Position numbers and translations under genes: made by a program. 64,000 nucleotides of DNA, from NCBI GenBank assembly GCA_000320545.1, contig ADNK01001384.1, forward strand, positions 43,936 through 107,935, given 5' to 3'. The notes beneath the pieces are model-generated. The model had not been told where the DNA came from. It worked only from the letters and a program-made list of their open reading frames with translations, and ran no database searches. Shown here in pieces: positions 41,755-55,466 of this stretch. Every line of letters begins with the position of its first letter. Position 1 is the stretch's first letter. Origin of the DNA: Bigelowiella natans CCMP2755. Lineage: Eukaryota; Protista; Cercozoa.

Positions 41755-44517
41755 ATCATCATCATCAAAATGAGTAAAGGACCAACCGAGGACTTCCCCT
41801 CAGCAGCAGTCCGCATGAACGAGTCGATGAGATTGATCTGCTTCTTCCGAAGGATTAAGTTCCACGTGAATTCGAAGACCAGGTAGCGAGGGTCATAGAA
41901 CAGCCCACCGCCTTCCTCGCCCTCCCCCTCCTTCATGTAGTGTCGCTTGCACGTCAAGTTCCCAACGAGCTGGCTCGTTTTCTGGATGATGCTGGCGCGC
42001 ACTGCCTCATGGGTGCGGGCATCCTTCAGGGCGCCTTCCTTCGCCAATTTCGGCAAGTTGTTTTGCAAGAGGTCCAGGAGCTCGTGGAGGTCGAGGAGAC
42101 ATCGGTTGATCTGCCCCATGCGAGAAATGCGCAGGATCACGCCGACCACGGCGTCCATCAGCTGATTCACCTCCTCCGAAGCCAGGAAAGGATTGACTTT
42201 CTTCACGTCGTAGACCATCACAGAAGAGAGCAGCACCGCTACCAGGTGGTCAAACGCGAGGAAGGACTCGCGCTGGGCAAAGCGGTTAAGCACGAATACA
42301 CTGCGCTCCAGCTTGTCGGCGCCGCCCTCCTTCAACTCATCGCGGAGATGAACCTAGAATTATTGACCCAACGAGACGTTCAGAGAGCAGGAAGAGAAAG
42401 AAGCAAGGGCAAGAGGGGAGAGAGAGGTTGATGAAAGGAGAGAAGGTTTGGGGGATCGAGTCAGCAGGCACCCCTCCCTACCACCATTGTGACGTGAAGT
42501 TAGCTGCATAAAATGCACACCGCCATAAGCAAAGGAAAACCACGGCTAGTTAGATGTAAGCAAGAATCACCGCGTTGCTCCGCGATACAATCACGTCACG
42601 CGTGCGTTCAACAAAATCCGCGTCGTCGTTCTTGGCGCCGACGAGGTTCGCCTTAATGTCCTCGAGCAGAGCACACGTAGCCTGAAGCTTCTTGGCGCAA
42701 ATGCCACCATTTTCTCCTACGATTATCTCCACGAGATCGGCTTCTGTGAGCCCCTTGAGTGTGGTCTTGGTCGAGCTGTTGACCCCTTCGGCAAACTTCA
42801 CCATCTCGTCTTCCAGTCGCCGCTTGAGCTCTCTCGCAACCTGCGAGCGCGCCTCTGGATGATGCGCGACGCAATGCGCCGTCACCGGAGGCAGATTCGA
42901 CGGCACGACAGCCATTTTGAGCTCCGCTCGTCGCTGCGACACCAGCAACGTGTCGAGTCCGATGACGTCCTTGAGAGGCTGAGTGGCCAGCGTGCGCAAC
43001 AACTTCATATCCATTGCCAGGGGTGGTAAGGAGGAGGAGGATGAGGTAGTAGATGGTAGTAGCGAAAATGCCCGAATCTTACGGCTGCTGCAGCGGAAGT
43101 CGGAGACATCCGGGGTCAGCCACTCACGCATATCGGCCGCGGTCGGAACACTAGACGCATCTTTCTTCACCTCGTCTCCCTTGCTGGATGAAGGGTGCTC
43201 CACCTTGACGACCTGTTCCGGTTTATCATTCAAGAATAAGATTTGGCGTAATCGTGATATTGGGCGTCGGTATTATTCGTATTTACTTTATGCGAGAATG
43301 AAGAAGTAAATTAGGAGGAGAATCGAGGGGTTATTTTGACCTTGTGCTTGGTTTCGTGATCGTCATCAACGAAATCATCAGCATTCCTTCCCCAGTCCAG
43401 AGGCCCCCATTTGGCGCTGCCTTCCTTGGACAGGAGCGTGCGCACGTCTTTCATAACTTTGCCAAATCCAGGATGCACCTTCTCGGATATACTATTGAGA
43501 ACCTGATGGCCGCCCATGTTTCCTTTCACGAAGACTGTCTGAATCTTGGGCAGGTGCCGGCACAGGGCTCGGTTGCGCGACAACACGTGCAGCAGAGACT
43601 GGTACGGCCCCACCTTTTCGAAATCGCCTAAGAAGAGGGTCAACATGGAAGCCAGCGTATGCGCGTCGTTGCGCCCGTTGATACTAGCGGAAACATCACC
43701 GCAGAAAAGAGCGTAAAGCCATATGAAGGAACGCCCATACTTCATGTGTCCATAGTCGTTGTGGTACTGCCCGCCGACGACGGTCTCGTCTGTTTTATTC
43801 CAGAAATCACTGATAGTGCTGAAGACCGTGTTGCCTGTCACGGTCTGCGAGAGGTAGCCGGTGGTCACGTCGATCTCCAAGTCCTCGTCCTTGAAGTCGG
43901 AGGCGGCCTTCTTCAGCAGGGTGTCTTTGTGCTCACCCGCCAACATCCACGCCTTTCCTTCCTTGATCTTGGGGCAGCCGACCTTGGCCTCGTCCAAGCC
44001 CACGGACGATGCCTCCAACCACCACTTCCGATTGCGCAGGAGGTAGAGTTGGTCGAAGACGTCTTTGAGAGGCGATGTGGAAGGGTACTTGAGCGTCGGG
44101 GGGTACTGCAGGGCAGCTCGGAACTCCGCCTCCACGAATTCGTCGTTTCCAGGTTCAGACAACTGCCGCTTAAGCATTCCGGGCGTGGGGGCCATATCAA
44201 CCCCGTCAGCTGCTGAGTCGCTTTCTTCTTCTTCTTCCTTCTTCTTCTTCTCCTCGTCTTTCTTCTCCTCGTCTTTCTTCATTTTCGCCTCCTCTTCGCC
44301 ATCATTCTTATCTGCCTGCTCTGCTTCCTTAGATGTACTTTTTTCATCCGCATCTTTCTTCTTCTTCTCCTCCTCTGTCTCTTTTGGAGTCACGCGAAAT
44401 TTGCGAAGGTATCTTTTTGTGGAGGGGGTGGAGGAGGGGGAAGGAATTGGAGGAGGGGGTGGAAGTACAACATATGTGTTAGTACAAAGCATTCCCTTCT
44501 CTGTTTCCTTGTTCTCA

Positions 44518-44551
<34 letters not shown>

Positions 44552-45877
44552 TTTGCCTCCCCCCCCCCCCTCTCTGTACGTGTATGTATGTATGTATGTG
44601 TGTGTGTGTGTGTCATAGTGTCTCATCTTACTTGGCATTGACTCCGAGTTTAACGCTCCCGTCTTCGAAGTAAAGATCTACCATTCCATTGGAGCTAATT
44701 CGTGACACTTCTGCCTTCTCCCACACAGATTCCGCCTCCTCCCCTTCCTTCAGCTTCCCCTCATCAGCGGCTTGCCCATCAGCAGCTTTCGATTCCTTCT
44801 TCTCCTCCCCCTCGGAGTCTCCCTTTGTGTTTCTTTCTTTGGTGTCGTACTCACACTTGACGACCTTGTCCTCGCAGTATGGAAGGACGAGGCTCGGGTG
44901 TACGTCGCCCTCAAACACATAGCGCTTCGCCAGGCCAACGACCTGTTCCGAGCAAGATCAAAAGCGCGAGTAAATGAATGAATGGATGGATCGACGAAAT
45001 AATCAGTTGTTGCACCTCTGCAGCAAGCGGGTGCCTGGATGGGTCCTCAGCAAACATCCTTTTGTATTGCCTGCTCTTAATCGTGTTTTTCGAGAGCGCC
45101 TTCTTGAAGACGCGCACTTCATCGACCGCGCCCTTGAGGCAGTCGAAGTTGCGAGTCATCGGCCCTCCGATGAAAACAGGCTTGAACGAGCCGGAGAAGA
45201 GCGTGGATTCAGATACAAACACTGTGTGTTTCCTGCTGCCGTTGACGTAAATAGAGATGTTATTGCTCGACCCGATGGTGACAGCCAGGTGAGTCCACTT
45301 TTTTTTCTCGGATTCAGGAGAGCTTTGCCGTCTGGAGTAGCGATTGCTGATAGATTATGGCAGATTGACATTAATAAGTGGAGGTTGAGAAGTGGGCGAG
45401 AAGTCGTTCATCAGTGGGCAACGGCGACGACGATGAGGAGGTGGAGGATGGTGGTGGTGGTGGTGAAAAGCAATGAATGGTGACAGAAAGACCGGAAGAA
45501 AGAGTATTATGAGATAATTTGGAGACAAATGGTGATTGAGTGATCATGATCATGATCATTATCGTCGTCGTCATCATTTAAATGAATACTACAAGGATTG
45601 CTGGCCCGTCGAGATACGCTTGTGCTCGCCTCCAGCAATCTTCACCTCAGCCCATATCTTACGGACAAGTTTTTTCCGAGCCTTTTTCCTCCTGTGTCCC
45701 CCCCTTTCGACAAAACAAAATTCGTTACGCTTTTAGTCAGAGTTTCGATAACGCTGACAGAATTATTTGCCTGCAAAATAGTAGTTACCGACGCATCTGC
45801 CCCTCTCAAAATATACAGTATATTCATATAATTCTTGAGAGAGCGAGAGCGCACGCACGCGCGCGCGCGCGCGCGCG

Positions 45878-45923
<46 letters not shown>

Positions 45924-48900
45924 TTGATAAACGAAGGATATAAAGGTTCATCTCTCATTGTCATCATATCAACCAAAACAGGTCGCAGCATGCACTCACT
46001 ACCTTCGCCCATACTTATTCATGTTTCTATCCTCCACCGCAGTGAAACCAATAGCGAGCTGATGGTTGGGCGGCTGGCCGATACAGAACAGCAGCTGGTC
46101 GCTCGGTTGGTCTCCCATATCGTGCTTGAACCAGCACTCAAACGAGAGCTCGTTCACTTGCTTCAGAGCCTCGATGCCAACCGGGTCGCAGAGGCACGAC
46201 GACTGCTCTCCTGAGAAGTTGATCTCACGGTGAAGGTCGTCCTCCATGAGGTTGCACTTCCCCATCAGCAGCTGCTCCTCGGCCTCCGAAAGCCGGCACG
46301 CCGACGAAACATGCTTGATCTTGGTGAGGTACGAGTAGAACTCAGAGACCATGCTCCAGATGGTGTTGATTTGGGAGTCCATCGTGACTAGCAGGATTTT
46401 GAGGCGGCACGCGTGCGCGTCGGGGTGCTTGTCCGTATCCCCCTCTCTCAGCATTTTGAAGATCAAGGTCTGCTCATTCGTCAGCGTGGCATCGGTCCCG
46501 ACGGCGTTTGCCAGCTGGAAGACCTCAGCGTAGCGCCGATTCAGGAGGCGCAGGCACATGAGGTACACGGTGCTTGAGAGGTTGGGAGTGTAAAGAAAGC
46601 TCTTCGAGATGTGCACCGGGTAGAGGTAAAAGGGCGTCTCGCAGCTCCTCCTCCATGATGTCGCATTTACCGGGGCCCCTCCTGGAAGCATGAGGTCGGA
46701 GAGGCCTAGTACGAGCTCCGTTGAGAAGGGGCACGAGGAGATGCTCGGCCTAAACACCGGCACAGAAGGCACCAGCACCTTGTGCTCGCTGTTGGAGTTG
46801 CATAACAGGATCGAGTGCGGAATACCCTCCAACAGCCGACTCATTGTCGAGCTGCGGTGGTTGCTGATCATAAGGTCTGCATGGTCCATTGAGTACAGCT
46901 TTGTGATGCCGTCGCCCGTCGTCCTCGCCTTGAAGGTGAGCTTGAGCCTTGGCAGCTCGATAGCGTAGACACGGCGCTCCGGGTCGCTCAGCTTTGCCCA
47001 TACGAGAATGTAGGACAAACGCTCGATCCGAGAAAGAACGCGCGCAAGGGAGAACAGTGGAGTATCCGATCGTGCGTGGAGGATGTTTAGTAGCACAAGC
47101 TCTTCCTCTTCCAACAACGTGTCGGATTCCTCATTGCCCTTCTGCTGATCTTTCTCTTTTTTCTTCTCATTGCTCTCCTTGGCATCAACCTGGAAAGGCC
47201 TCCGTATGATTTCAACAGAGCATCCCTTCACACCCGAAAAGTCCACCGTGATGTCTGTCTTCAGCTTCACATGCAACATCGTCTTGGATTTGTTGCCTCC
47301 TTCTTCTTTCTCAGAGCTGTCCTTGCTCTCGTCTTCCTTCCCGGCCGCCGCCGCCAATTTCTCCTTAATCTTCTTCAAGCGTTCCATCTCGAGCTCACGC
47401 TTGCTCTTCATGGGAGGGTAGCCGCGCAAGTTGTCCGTCTCATCCTGCCAGAACATGTAGCTCTTAAATAGCACTTCTGGTATGAGCCCCCGAATGATAT
47501 CCCTCGACATGAATCTTTCTCGAGTGCCGCTGACGTTCTGTGGATGCGATGGCAGCCTCCACACGACGGTCACGGAGGCGGGCCGAGCTTGTATCTCCGC
47601 CATATGTCGCATGTATGGCCTCCAGGGTCCCTGACGATCGTCAACAGGTGCCTGAGCGTCTCCAAGTGTCAAGCGATGATCTGTCGTCCACCAGAAGGTG
47701 CGGTAGAACCTCCAGCCATGATGCACAATCCGGAAGCACTGAGCCATCATCTCGTTCTTGTAGAGGAACACCTCGAAGCACACCTCCTTCCCGGGTTCGA
47801 CCACCTCCAGCCGGATCACCGCCGAGCTCCGCGGAATGTCATCGTCCGGCATGAACACTCGGTGGTTTTTGAAGTAGGCCATCCGCAGGGGCTCGAAGAG
47901 ATGCAGGATCCAGAGGGAATCGTCGTCCTCCTCCAACTCGGACGGGTTGTACATCATGAAGTTGCTCATTGAGTTTGGCCATGGCCCCGACGGGTCCGAC
48001 CACCAATGCAGCTCGTAGTCCTCGCCGACTACTCGCAGGATTTCCCGCCGCGAAGCCTTCTCCACGCGCACGCACTGCAGCTTACGCTTGAAGATTGCGA
48101 GGACGTCGAGCGACTGGGCAACCTCCGGGGGGGCGGCAGCCACGTGGACGTCACGTAGCTTTATTTGCATGGACTGGAAGTTGATCTCCACTCCCGAGTC
48201 GTTGTGGTACTTAATGCGGCGAAGGTTTGAAGACTCTGTAGCCCTTCCCTCCTTGCTATCCTTCGACTCCTTCGGTTTGCCTTGTTCATTATCTTCTTCT
48301 TCTTCTTCTTCTTCTTCCTCTTTGACTGCTTCGCGGAGGAGGAGTTGGGTGACCTGGAACACACTCCCTGGCTTGGCAGCGCCTTCAGATTTAATTGTAC
48401 TACTTCCTCCTCCCGCTCCATTACTTGCTGTTGCTACGGAGATAATCTCAACTTTGTAGATGGGACAAGATTTCTTAAACTTGGCGAAATCATCTTTCTT
48501 CCGCTTCCTCTCCCTTGCCTCCCTCCCTTCCTTCGTGTCCATTAAAGAGATGGAGCGAGTGAGCGAGGGGGATGCGCTTAGGGTGGGTGGTTTCTGGTCG
48601 TCGTCGTCGTCGTCGTTGTCATCTTCATTATCCTCCGCTTTTGCGTCCTTGCTCCTCTCCTTCTCGTCCGATTTGGCATCCTTGTCATCGTCCCGTTTCT
48701 TCTTGCTTTCCTTCTCCAGAAATCCCTCCCGCTCTACGACCTTGCACTCGAGCCACACTGCGGAGCCCTTGAGCTTCACGAGCACTTCTGCGTTGTCCCC
48801 ATAGGCATGTGACTTGCCGGTGAGCTCCAGATACTGGCGAGGGACGTCGTGGGACGCAGCAAACATGAGCACGGCCTTATAGAAGCATACGGGATTGATG

Positions 48901-51900
48901 CCGCGCAGCTTGTCGCCTGCCACCATGGACACCAGCTGGTTGAATCGATCTTCTGAGAGAGGACCTTTCGCCTCTTTCTGGACCTTCTCAGCGTCGACGA
49001 CGACCTCGATCGCCACTACCGGCATGCCCTTGTAGGAGCTCTCAACGATCTTCTGCGAGTAGAAACCTTTGCCGCGGTTGCCGTCCATCCACTGGTAGCC
49101 TGGCTTCCACTCCATGGGAAGGTCGCTAGGCAGAAATTCGCCGTTCTGCGTCAGATTCTCGCGCTCCATATGCTCGACGACCGGCTCGCGCAACTCGGGG
49201 GTGAGGAAACGCTTGTCCCACTCGGTGAACTCCGTGTAGGCTAGATGCTCGTTTTTGTCGACATCAAAGTGAGAGAAAATCTCGCGCACCTGCAACGGAG
49301 TCTCAGCGAGCTTCCTGGAATAGTCGCCTTCGTACACGGCGAAGCGTCCGGCGCCTGCCAACAAGCCCCACTCCCGCCCTACCTTTTCCCTTTCTTTTTC
49401 ATCTTCGGACTGGCCGCTCTCCCTGTCATCCTTACTTGCACCGCTCCTGTCTTCGCTCGCAACGGCATCGGTGTCGGTAGCGACGCTGAGGACATGATCG
49501 AGCAGCCCATTCACGGTCTTTTGCTTGCTGGCAGCCAAAAACCGAACCATTGCGCTGCGGTTAAGCTGCAGCAGGTTGTACAGCTCGGGCTCGTTGACGG
49601 CTCGTGATTCGGAGTTCCACGACCGTTGCACGCCGAGGTATAAGAAGGACGACGTGATCACCCTCACGGAGGACTCTGTAGCAACTGATGTTGTTGTTGC
49701 TGTTGTTGCTGTTGTTGCCTCACTGTTGTTTGGGGTCCTTAGCGTCTTGTTTTTCTGCAGATTGTTGTTTCTGTGACAGAGGAGGATGTGGTAGTCGAGA
49801 AGATCCAGAATCTCCGATGGCTCCTTGCACTCTTCATCGATTGTGATAAAGTTGCCCACAGGCATGCGGCTGACCTCATCGCGCCATTTTCTTAGCATCT
49901 TCATACAAGCACCACGCAGCATGTTATGCAACGTCGAGTGCCCCGCCTGCAGGGCGGCCAAGTTTCTGTTCGTCATCGTGAGAGCACGCTCCCCTGCTCG
50001 CCACTTCCAGACATCTCGCTCCTGCGCTGCTTGCGCCTTGAGCACAAAGTCTACATAGTTGAAAGCACGCGCGACGAGCCGGAAGATGAACATAATGAGG
50101 AAGGTCGTCGTCTGCTTCACAGTATCTGTATTCAGTCCGAGTGCCAGCACTACCAGCTCCTTAAGCGCGGATATGGTTGCGTGCGGTGATGCGACGAGTT
50201 CATTGAGCAAGTGGCCGTACGCTGTGGCGAGAATATCTTTATTTTTCTCTGGAACACAGCTAGGCATCGCCTTAACCCCCCTCCCCAGGTGCCTACCCGG
50301 CTCAAATAACGCGGCGGTCACGACTTCTTGCAGTTTTTTGCTCCTGAGCGCATGGATGCGGTCTTCGGTGGCGAAGAATTTCAGGATCAAGGGAATGCGA
50401 AGGTAAGGCACAAGAAGATACGACAACAGCAGCTCAGAGTCGCGCTGGCCGATCGCTTTCTCGAATGTGGGGAGCGCCTTGATGTAAAGGATGTCGACCT
50501 CGCCCCTCGCCGGGCCATGCGGCTTGACCAGCTCTTTGACATCCGTGGGGGAGGGAACGCGAAGTCCCTTCTTCGACGTCGGAACTGCGGCTATCAAGTT
50601 GCCCCCCTTCGCGTTGGCGTACGCCATGATTTGCTGACGAGACGCGTCGTATTGCCATTGGAGTTGGAACGCGTAGTTGTTGTGAGCCCTGCCTTGGCGC
50701 AGCGAGCTCGTGGGGAGGAGCTTGCTGTCCGTGACGTGCATGTACTTGAACCAGAACACGATGTCGAGGTAGGGAAAGAGCTCCGGCATGTACGTTTGGT
50801 ACTGCCGATGGTTGTTTGGCCTGGAGCGCAGGACGTTGTGGATGGTATCCAGAACAGGGTAGCCGCGTACGTGGCAGAGCTTGGTTATAAGACTGGCCAT
50901 GCCCTTATCCTCCTTGAGAGTCTCCTCCTCTTCCCACGAGAAGATGGTGCGTTCCGGGAGGATCTTCTGTGCCGTGAAGTAGTCGATGATCTCGCTACGC
51001 GCGATGGCCAGCTGAGGGTCGATCATCTCGAGAGACTTGCTCTGCCTCATGAATTGATCGATGTTAATACCGTATGGTTTCTCGCCTGTGTGGCCGCCGA
51101 TGAGTTTGCACAGATCGGAGGGGAAGTCGGTCGCCTCCATTCGTATCACTCTGTCGGCAAGCGCCGCAATCGCGCCCATCACCACGATGCGCGTGGCCTC
51201 CATCGAACGCGCCTTCTCGTCGGTTGTGATTTTAAGCGAGAAGCAAGCGGCCATGAAGTGCTCCGTGATGTGCCGAAGGCGGAGAAGGATGTCCATCTGG
51301 CGGGAGTATGTGATAGGGCCATCCCATACGTCCTTCCTCTCCTCCGCTGGAGCAAGGGTCGACATAAGCTTGAAGGCAGCAGCCTTGAGGTCACCGTTTC
51401 CCATCACTTCGTCGATGCGCTGCGCCATCAGCGGGTGCTGCTTCACCCACGCAGTGAGTTCTGCGTCATCGCCGCCCGCGGAGGCCTTACCTTCCTTCGG
51501 TTTGGGGATGGGTATGGAGCGAGTGAAAGTCTGTTCTACGAGGGCTATCGTGAGCAACGGTACGTTTTGAATGATGCCAGACTGCACCTCCGCCCGCTCG
51601 CAGAGCTCATCGCACCAGCGAATGGCCTCGATCGCAGCGACGCGCGTCTCGCATCTTTCCGGTATCTTGAGGAAGTCGACGGGGATAAACGCAGGCTGGT
51701 CGACGGGCGTTCCAGCGAACTGGTCCACGCCCTCCTTGCGCTCCAGCTTGTCGCAGAAAGGGAAAAGATCGTGCTGCGGCGAGTATTTTCCATCAAGGTT
51801 CAAGGGAGGGGGCGGGGTGGTGCTGCCGATATCCTCAACGGGAATCTGCGCCGCACTAGAATTAATAGTCTCGATCTGCTTTCGCACGCTATTTAGTTGC

Positions 51901-54812
51901 TGCTGGGAAATCGAGTTGCGTGAGAGCTGTTTCACCGCGGAATGTGCCAGCTGCTGGCAGGCGACCGAGATGACTCTCACGTCGCCAGTCGCAATTTTGG
52001 GAGCCACCTTGAGGTCCTCCTCCACCATGCGGCAGAGCTCACGGCGCATAACGAACGCCATCTGCTTCGTCTGTTTGACGGAGAGGCCCTTCCTTCTCAG
52101 GACGTAATGGAAAGCCTCCAGCACACAACGGTGGTAGCATGTGCCAGCACGCTGAGGAGTACGCCAGTCGTTCGCAGGATCTTGAAGGGTGGTGCTCAGA
52201 TTGCTGCACACAGGGCCATCGATTAGCCACGGGAGCAGCGTCTCGTAGAACTTCTCCGGTGTGTTTCCTTTGCTCGGCTTGTGATACATCCGCCATACGA
52301 ACGCCCAGAACATGTCGTTGACCAGCCGATAGCGGGGAACGTTGTCGAAGATGAGCGTGAGCTTTTGCTTGAGTTTGGGCGGGCTTTGATTGTCGTGCGG
52401 GTGGTAACTGATCCCTTGACCAGTGTTGCAAACGCAGAATCGATACATCGTCTCCCTCTTCCGGCCATTTTGTTTCTGCCCATACCCATCGTCGTCGTCA
52501 TCCGATTCGTCATCGAAGTCATCATCATCCTCATCGTCTTCTTCATCATCATCATCGTGATCATCATCGCCGTTGTCGTCATTGCTGCCCTCCGTCTTTT
52601 TCTCAGCGTCCATTTTCCCCTTGCGTTCCTCCTCTGCTTTCTTGTTTTCCTCGGACTGCTCGTCGCTTTCGGGAAGCCTCTCGATGATGTACATGATGGC
52701 GTGGCCACCTCTCAGACCTCGCCACCCACCGGGAGCAATCAGGATGTCGCCAGGCTTCTTGAGCCTCACAAGCGCGCGACGGAAAAACTTTAGAAACATC
52801 GGTAGCTGCTTTTCATGACTTATCTTGTCGAACTTCTTCCCGATCTTTCGGGCGTTATTCATAATCTTGCGAACTTTCCCTGCGATGGCAAAAGCATCCT
52901 TGTCGAACCCGCTCAGCCAACTCCGCTCGGTCTTCATAATCCTGTGGAGAGAGAGCCAAACAGCCGCGACGGAGGGGTAGATGAAACCGCCTTCAAGAGA
53001 CGTGTTCTCAATGTAAGGATCACCAAAGTGCCCGTGGAACGCCCTGTCGCGCCACATCTCTAGAGGCTTTGGGAAGATCTTCTTGAGAGCCAGCTTGTCT
53101 TGCAGCTCCTTCTTCTTCGCTTTCTCCTTGCGGATGTATGATGACCACAATGAGTCGTTGAACAGGCTCTGCTTCACTTCGGCTGCAGATAGTCCATAGG
53201 ATTTATACTCGACGTATTTAATCTTTATGCCCCCTGGCATGTCTTCATTCGCGGAACTTCCGCACAGGCAAAATCCCTCAAGGCTCATGCAGTATTTCGA
53301 GTTTTTAGTCGCGAGTTCTGGGATGTCATTCGAGTCAAGCTTCGACATGACATGCCCATCGACGTAGGTGATGATCTCGAAGCTATTTCCACGATGACCC
53401 ATCACGCCCTGCGTGTCCGCCCTTCTCTTTATAATGGTTACGCGCGACCATTGTTTGGTCTTGATACGTCCTCGTCGCCCAAACTTCCCGGCAGCTCCGA
53501 TCTTACCGTCTGGTGTCAAGTAGATATTTGCCCGCTTGTCCACTTCCGGGTAGCTCGTGTTCAAAAGCGCGACATTTCCGCGAAGCTTCTCGTCAATGCG
53601 GATATCAAATGTGACGGTATACGACACAATTTTCGCCATACCGCGGTTTCCCCCACGGTACATGTTGGCCACCATAAACTGATCGTCGCCGCCTCCTTTC
53701 CCTGCCTTTTCCTTAAACTTGATGTCAAATAGCAGGTATGCGTTGGGCCCTAGCTCCCAGTGCGTCTCCCCGGATTTCATCTTGACAGTTTTGCTCTTGC
53801 CCTCAATCTTGGCGCCTTTGGGGACTTTTCCGTTTCGAAAATCCCATTTCAGGCCGCTGTCCTTATGTCGCGCGAAATTCCCAACGAAGCGCCTTGGCTT
53901 GACCTGGTATCTCTCCCAGATGCCCTTGCTATCTTCGTCTATCTCGTCTTCGTCGTCGTCCTCGTCCTCATCCTCGTCCTCGGTCGACTTTTTCTTTTGT
54001 CCTGCAGCAGCCTCTTTGCCCTCCTTCTTCTCGTCCGTGCTGCCGGTGCTGCTTTCCGCTGGTTGCGCAACTTGTGCTTCCTTCTTTGCCGTCTTTCTCT
54101 CTTCCCCGCTCGAGATTCGGGTAGATTCGTCTCTCTCAAAACTTCCAGGTCCCACCCGAGACATCATTGCCTCACCATGCTTGCTGCTGCTGCTGCTGCT
54201 GCTGCAGGGATCTAGCCCTTTCCCTTTGACGTACGCAAGGAGCCTCGTGGTACTATTGCTGCTGCCCAGGCCTCGCTGGAAACTGCTTTCTTTGGCGATG
54301 GTGATGAGCCATGCGGGAGCGCCAACAAACGCATGGTTCGGTTCGTAGCAAAGAACGACGAGCTTGGTTCCTATCTTCTTCGTGTAGACAGGGCGCGAAT
54401 GCCTCCTTGAAGTGAAGGAATAGAGGCCGTTCACACGTTCGTCTTTCGCCCCGGCGATTACGATCGTCGATGGGTGCTCTCCAACGCCGGAGTCTTCACG
54501 ATGCCACTCTCCCACCTGCTCAGCGCGTACCCACCGCAGCGTTTCCGCTAGGTTCAAGCATGTGCTGTCTGTGCGCCTGAGAGTGGGCGGTGCAGCTCCA
54601 AACGCCGCCGGTGGTTGTTGTTGTTGCTGCTGCTGCTGCTGCTGTTGTGGCGATGATGATGATGATGATGATGCTGTGGGAGGAGGCGGCATCGGGGTCC
54701 CCATAAGATTAGCTAGGGCTTGAAGACGCTCAAGCCCGCCGCCACCACCTCCTGCTTTACTGAGATCCTTTAGCTGATCGGCAAGGAGGGTACCTGCTCC
54801 TCCAGAGGCCTG

Positions 54813-54851
<39 letters not shown>

Positions 54852-55423
54852 TACCATCTGCATTAACTGGCGCGGGGGCGCCACAGCAGCAGCAGCATTC
54901 GAAACCTTCCCCTCTGCTTTGCTGGCGGCTTTGGCCTCTCGCCGCCCCTGCTGGCGATCCAAGATCCAATTGTCAACGGAGAGCTTGCCATTGATCTTTG
55001 CGATGGTGGATGTGAGGCCAGATGCCCACTCGACATTTAGTCCTTTTACAACGGGGTCGAGGTCCTCGCCTGCACCCATAGCAATTGAGTTGTTATAGTA
55101 GGGAGTAATACATGGGCATCATATCGGCAGTGGAGGGAGGTGGGCAAACCTTGGAACGAGAAGAGCCACTTTCCTTGCAAGAGAGCTGCCTCACTCTCTT
55201 CAGGACAGCTTTAGAATTAAATGAGGAAGAATTAACTCAGATTCATCCTCACCATATGATAGCACCGTAAGGGGATCAACATTACCACCACCAGCAGCGG
55301 AAGAAAGGCGATGCAAATCCGATCTTACTCCCCCCGTCCTCTCGTCCCTCCCTCCCCCTCCCTTCCAATAGCAATGCTGCTATCGCAGTCAAAAAAATTG
55401 AAACTGTTTCCAGTAAAATTATA

Positions 55424-55466
<43 letters not shown>

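Noticed and set aside
50328-51896. 522-aa plus-strand ORF and other long antisense ORFs over the giant gene
   Set aside because: Shadow ORFs of a GC3-rich coding strand with no independent motifs.
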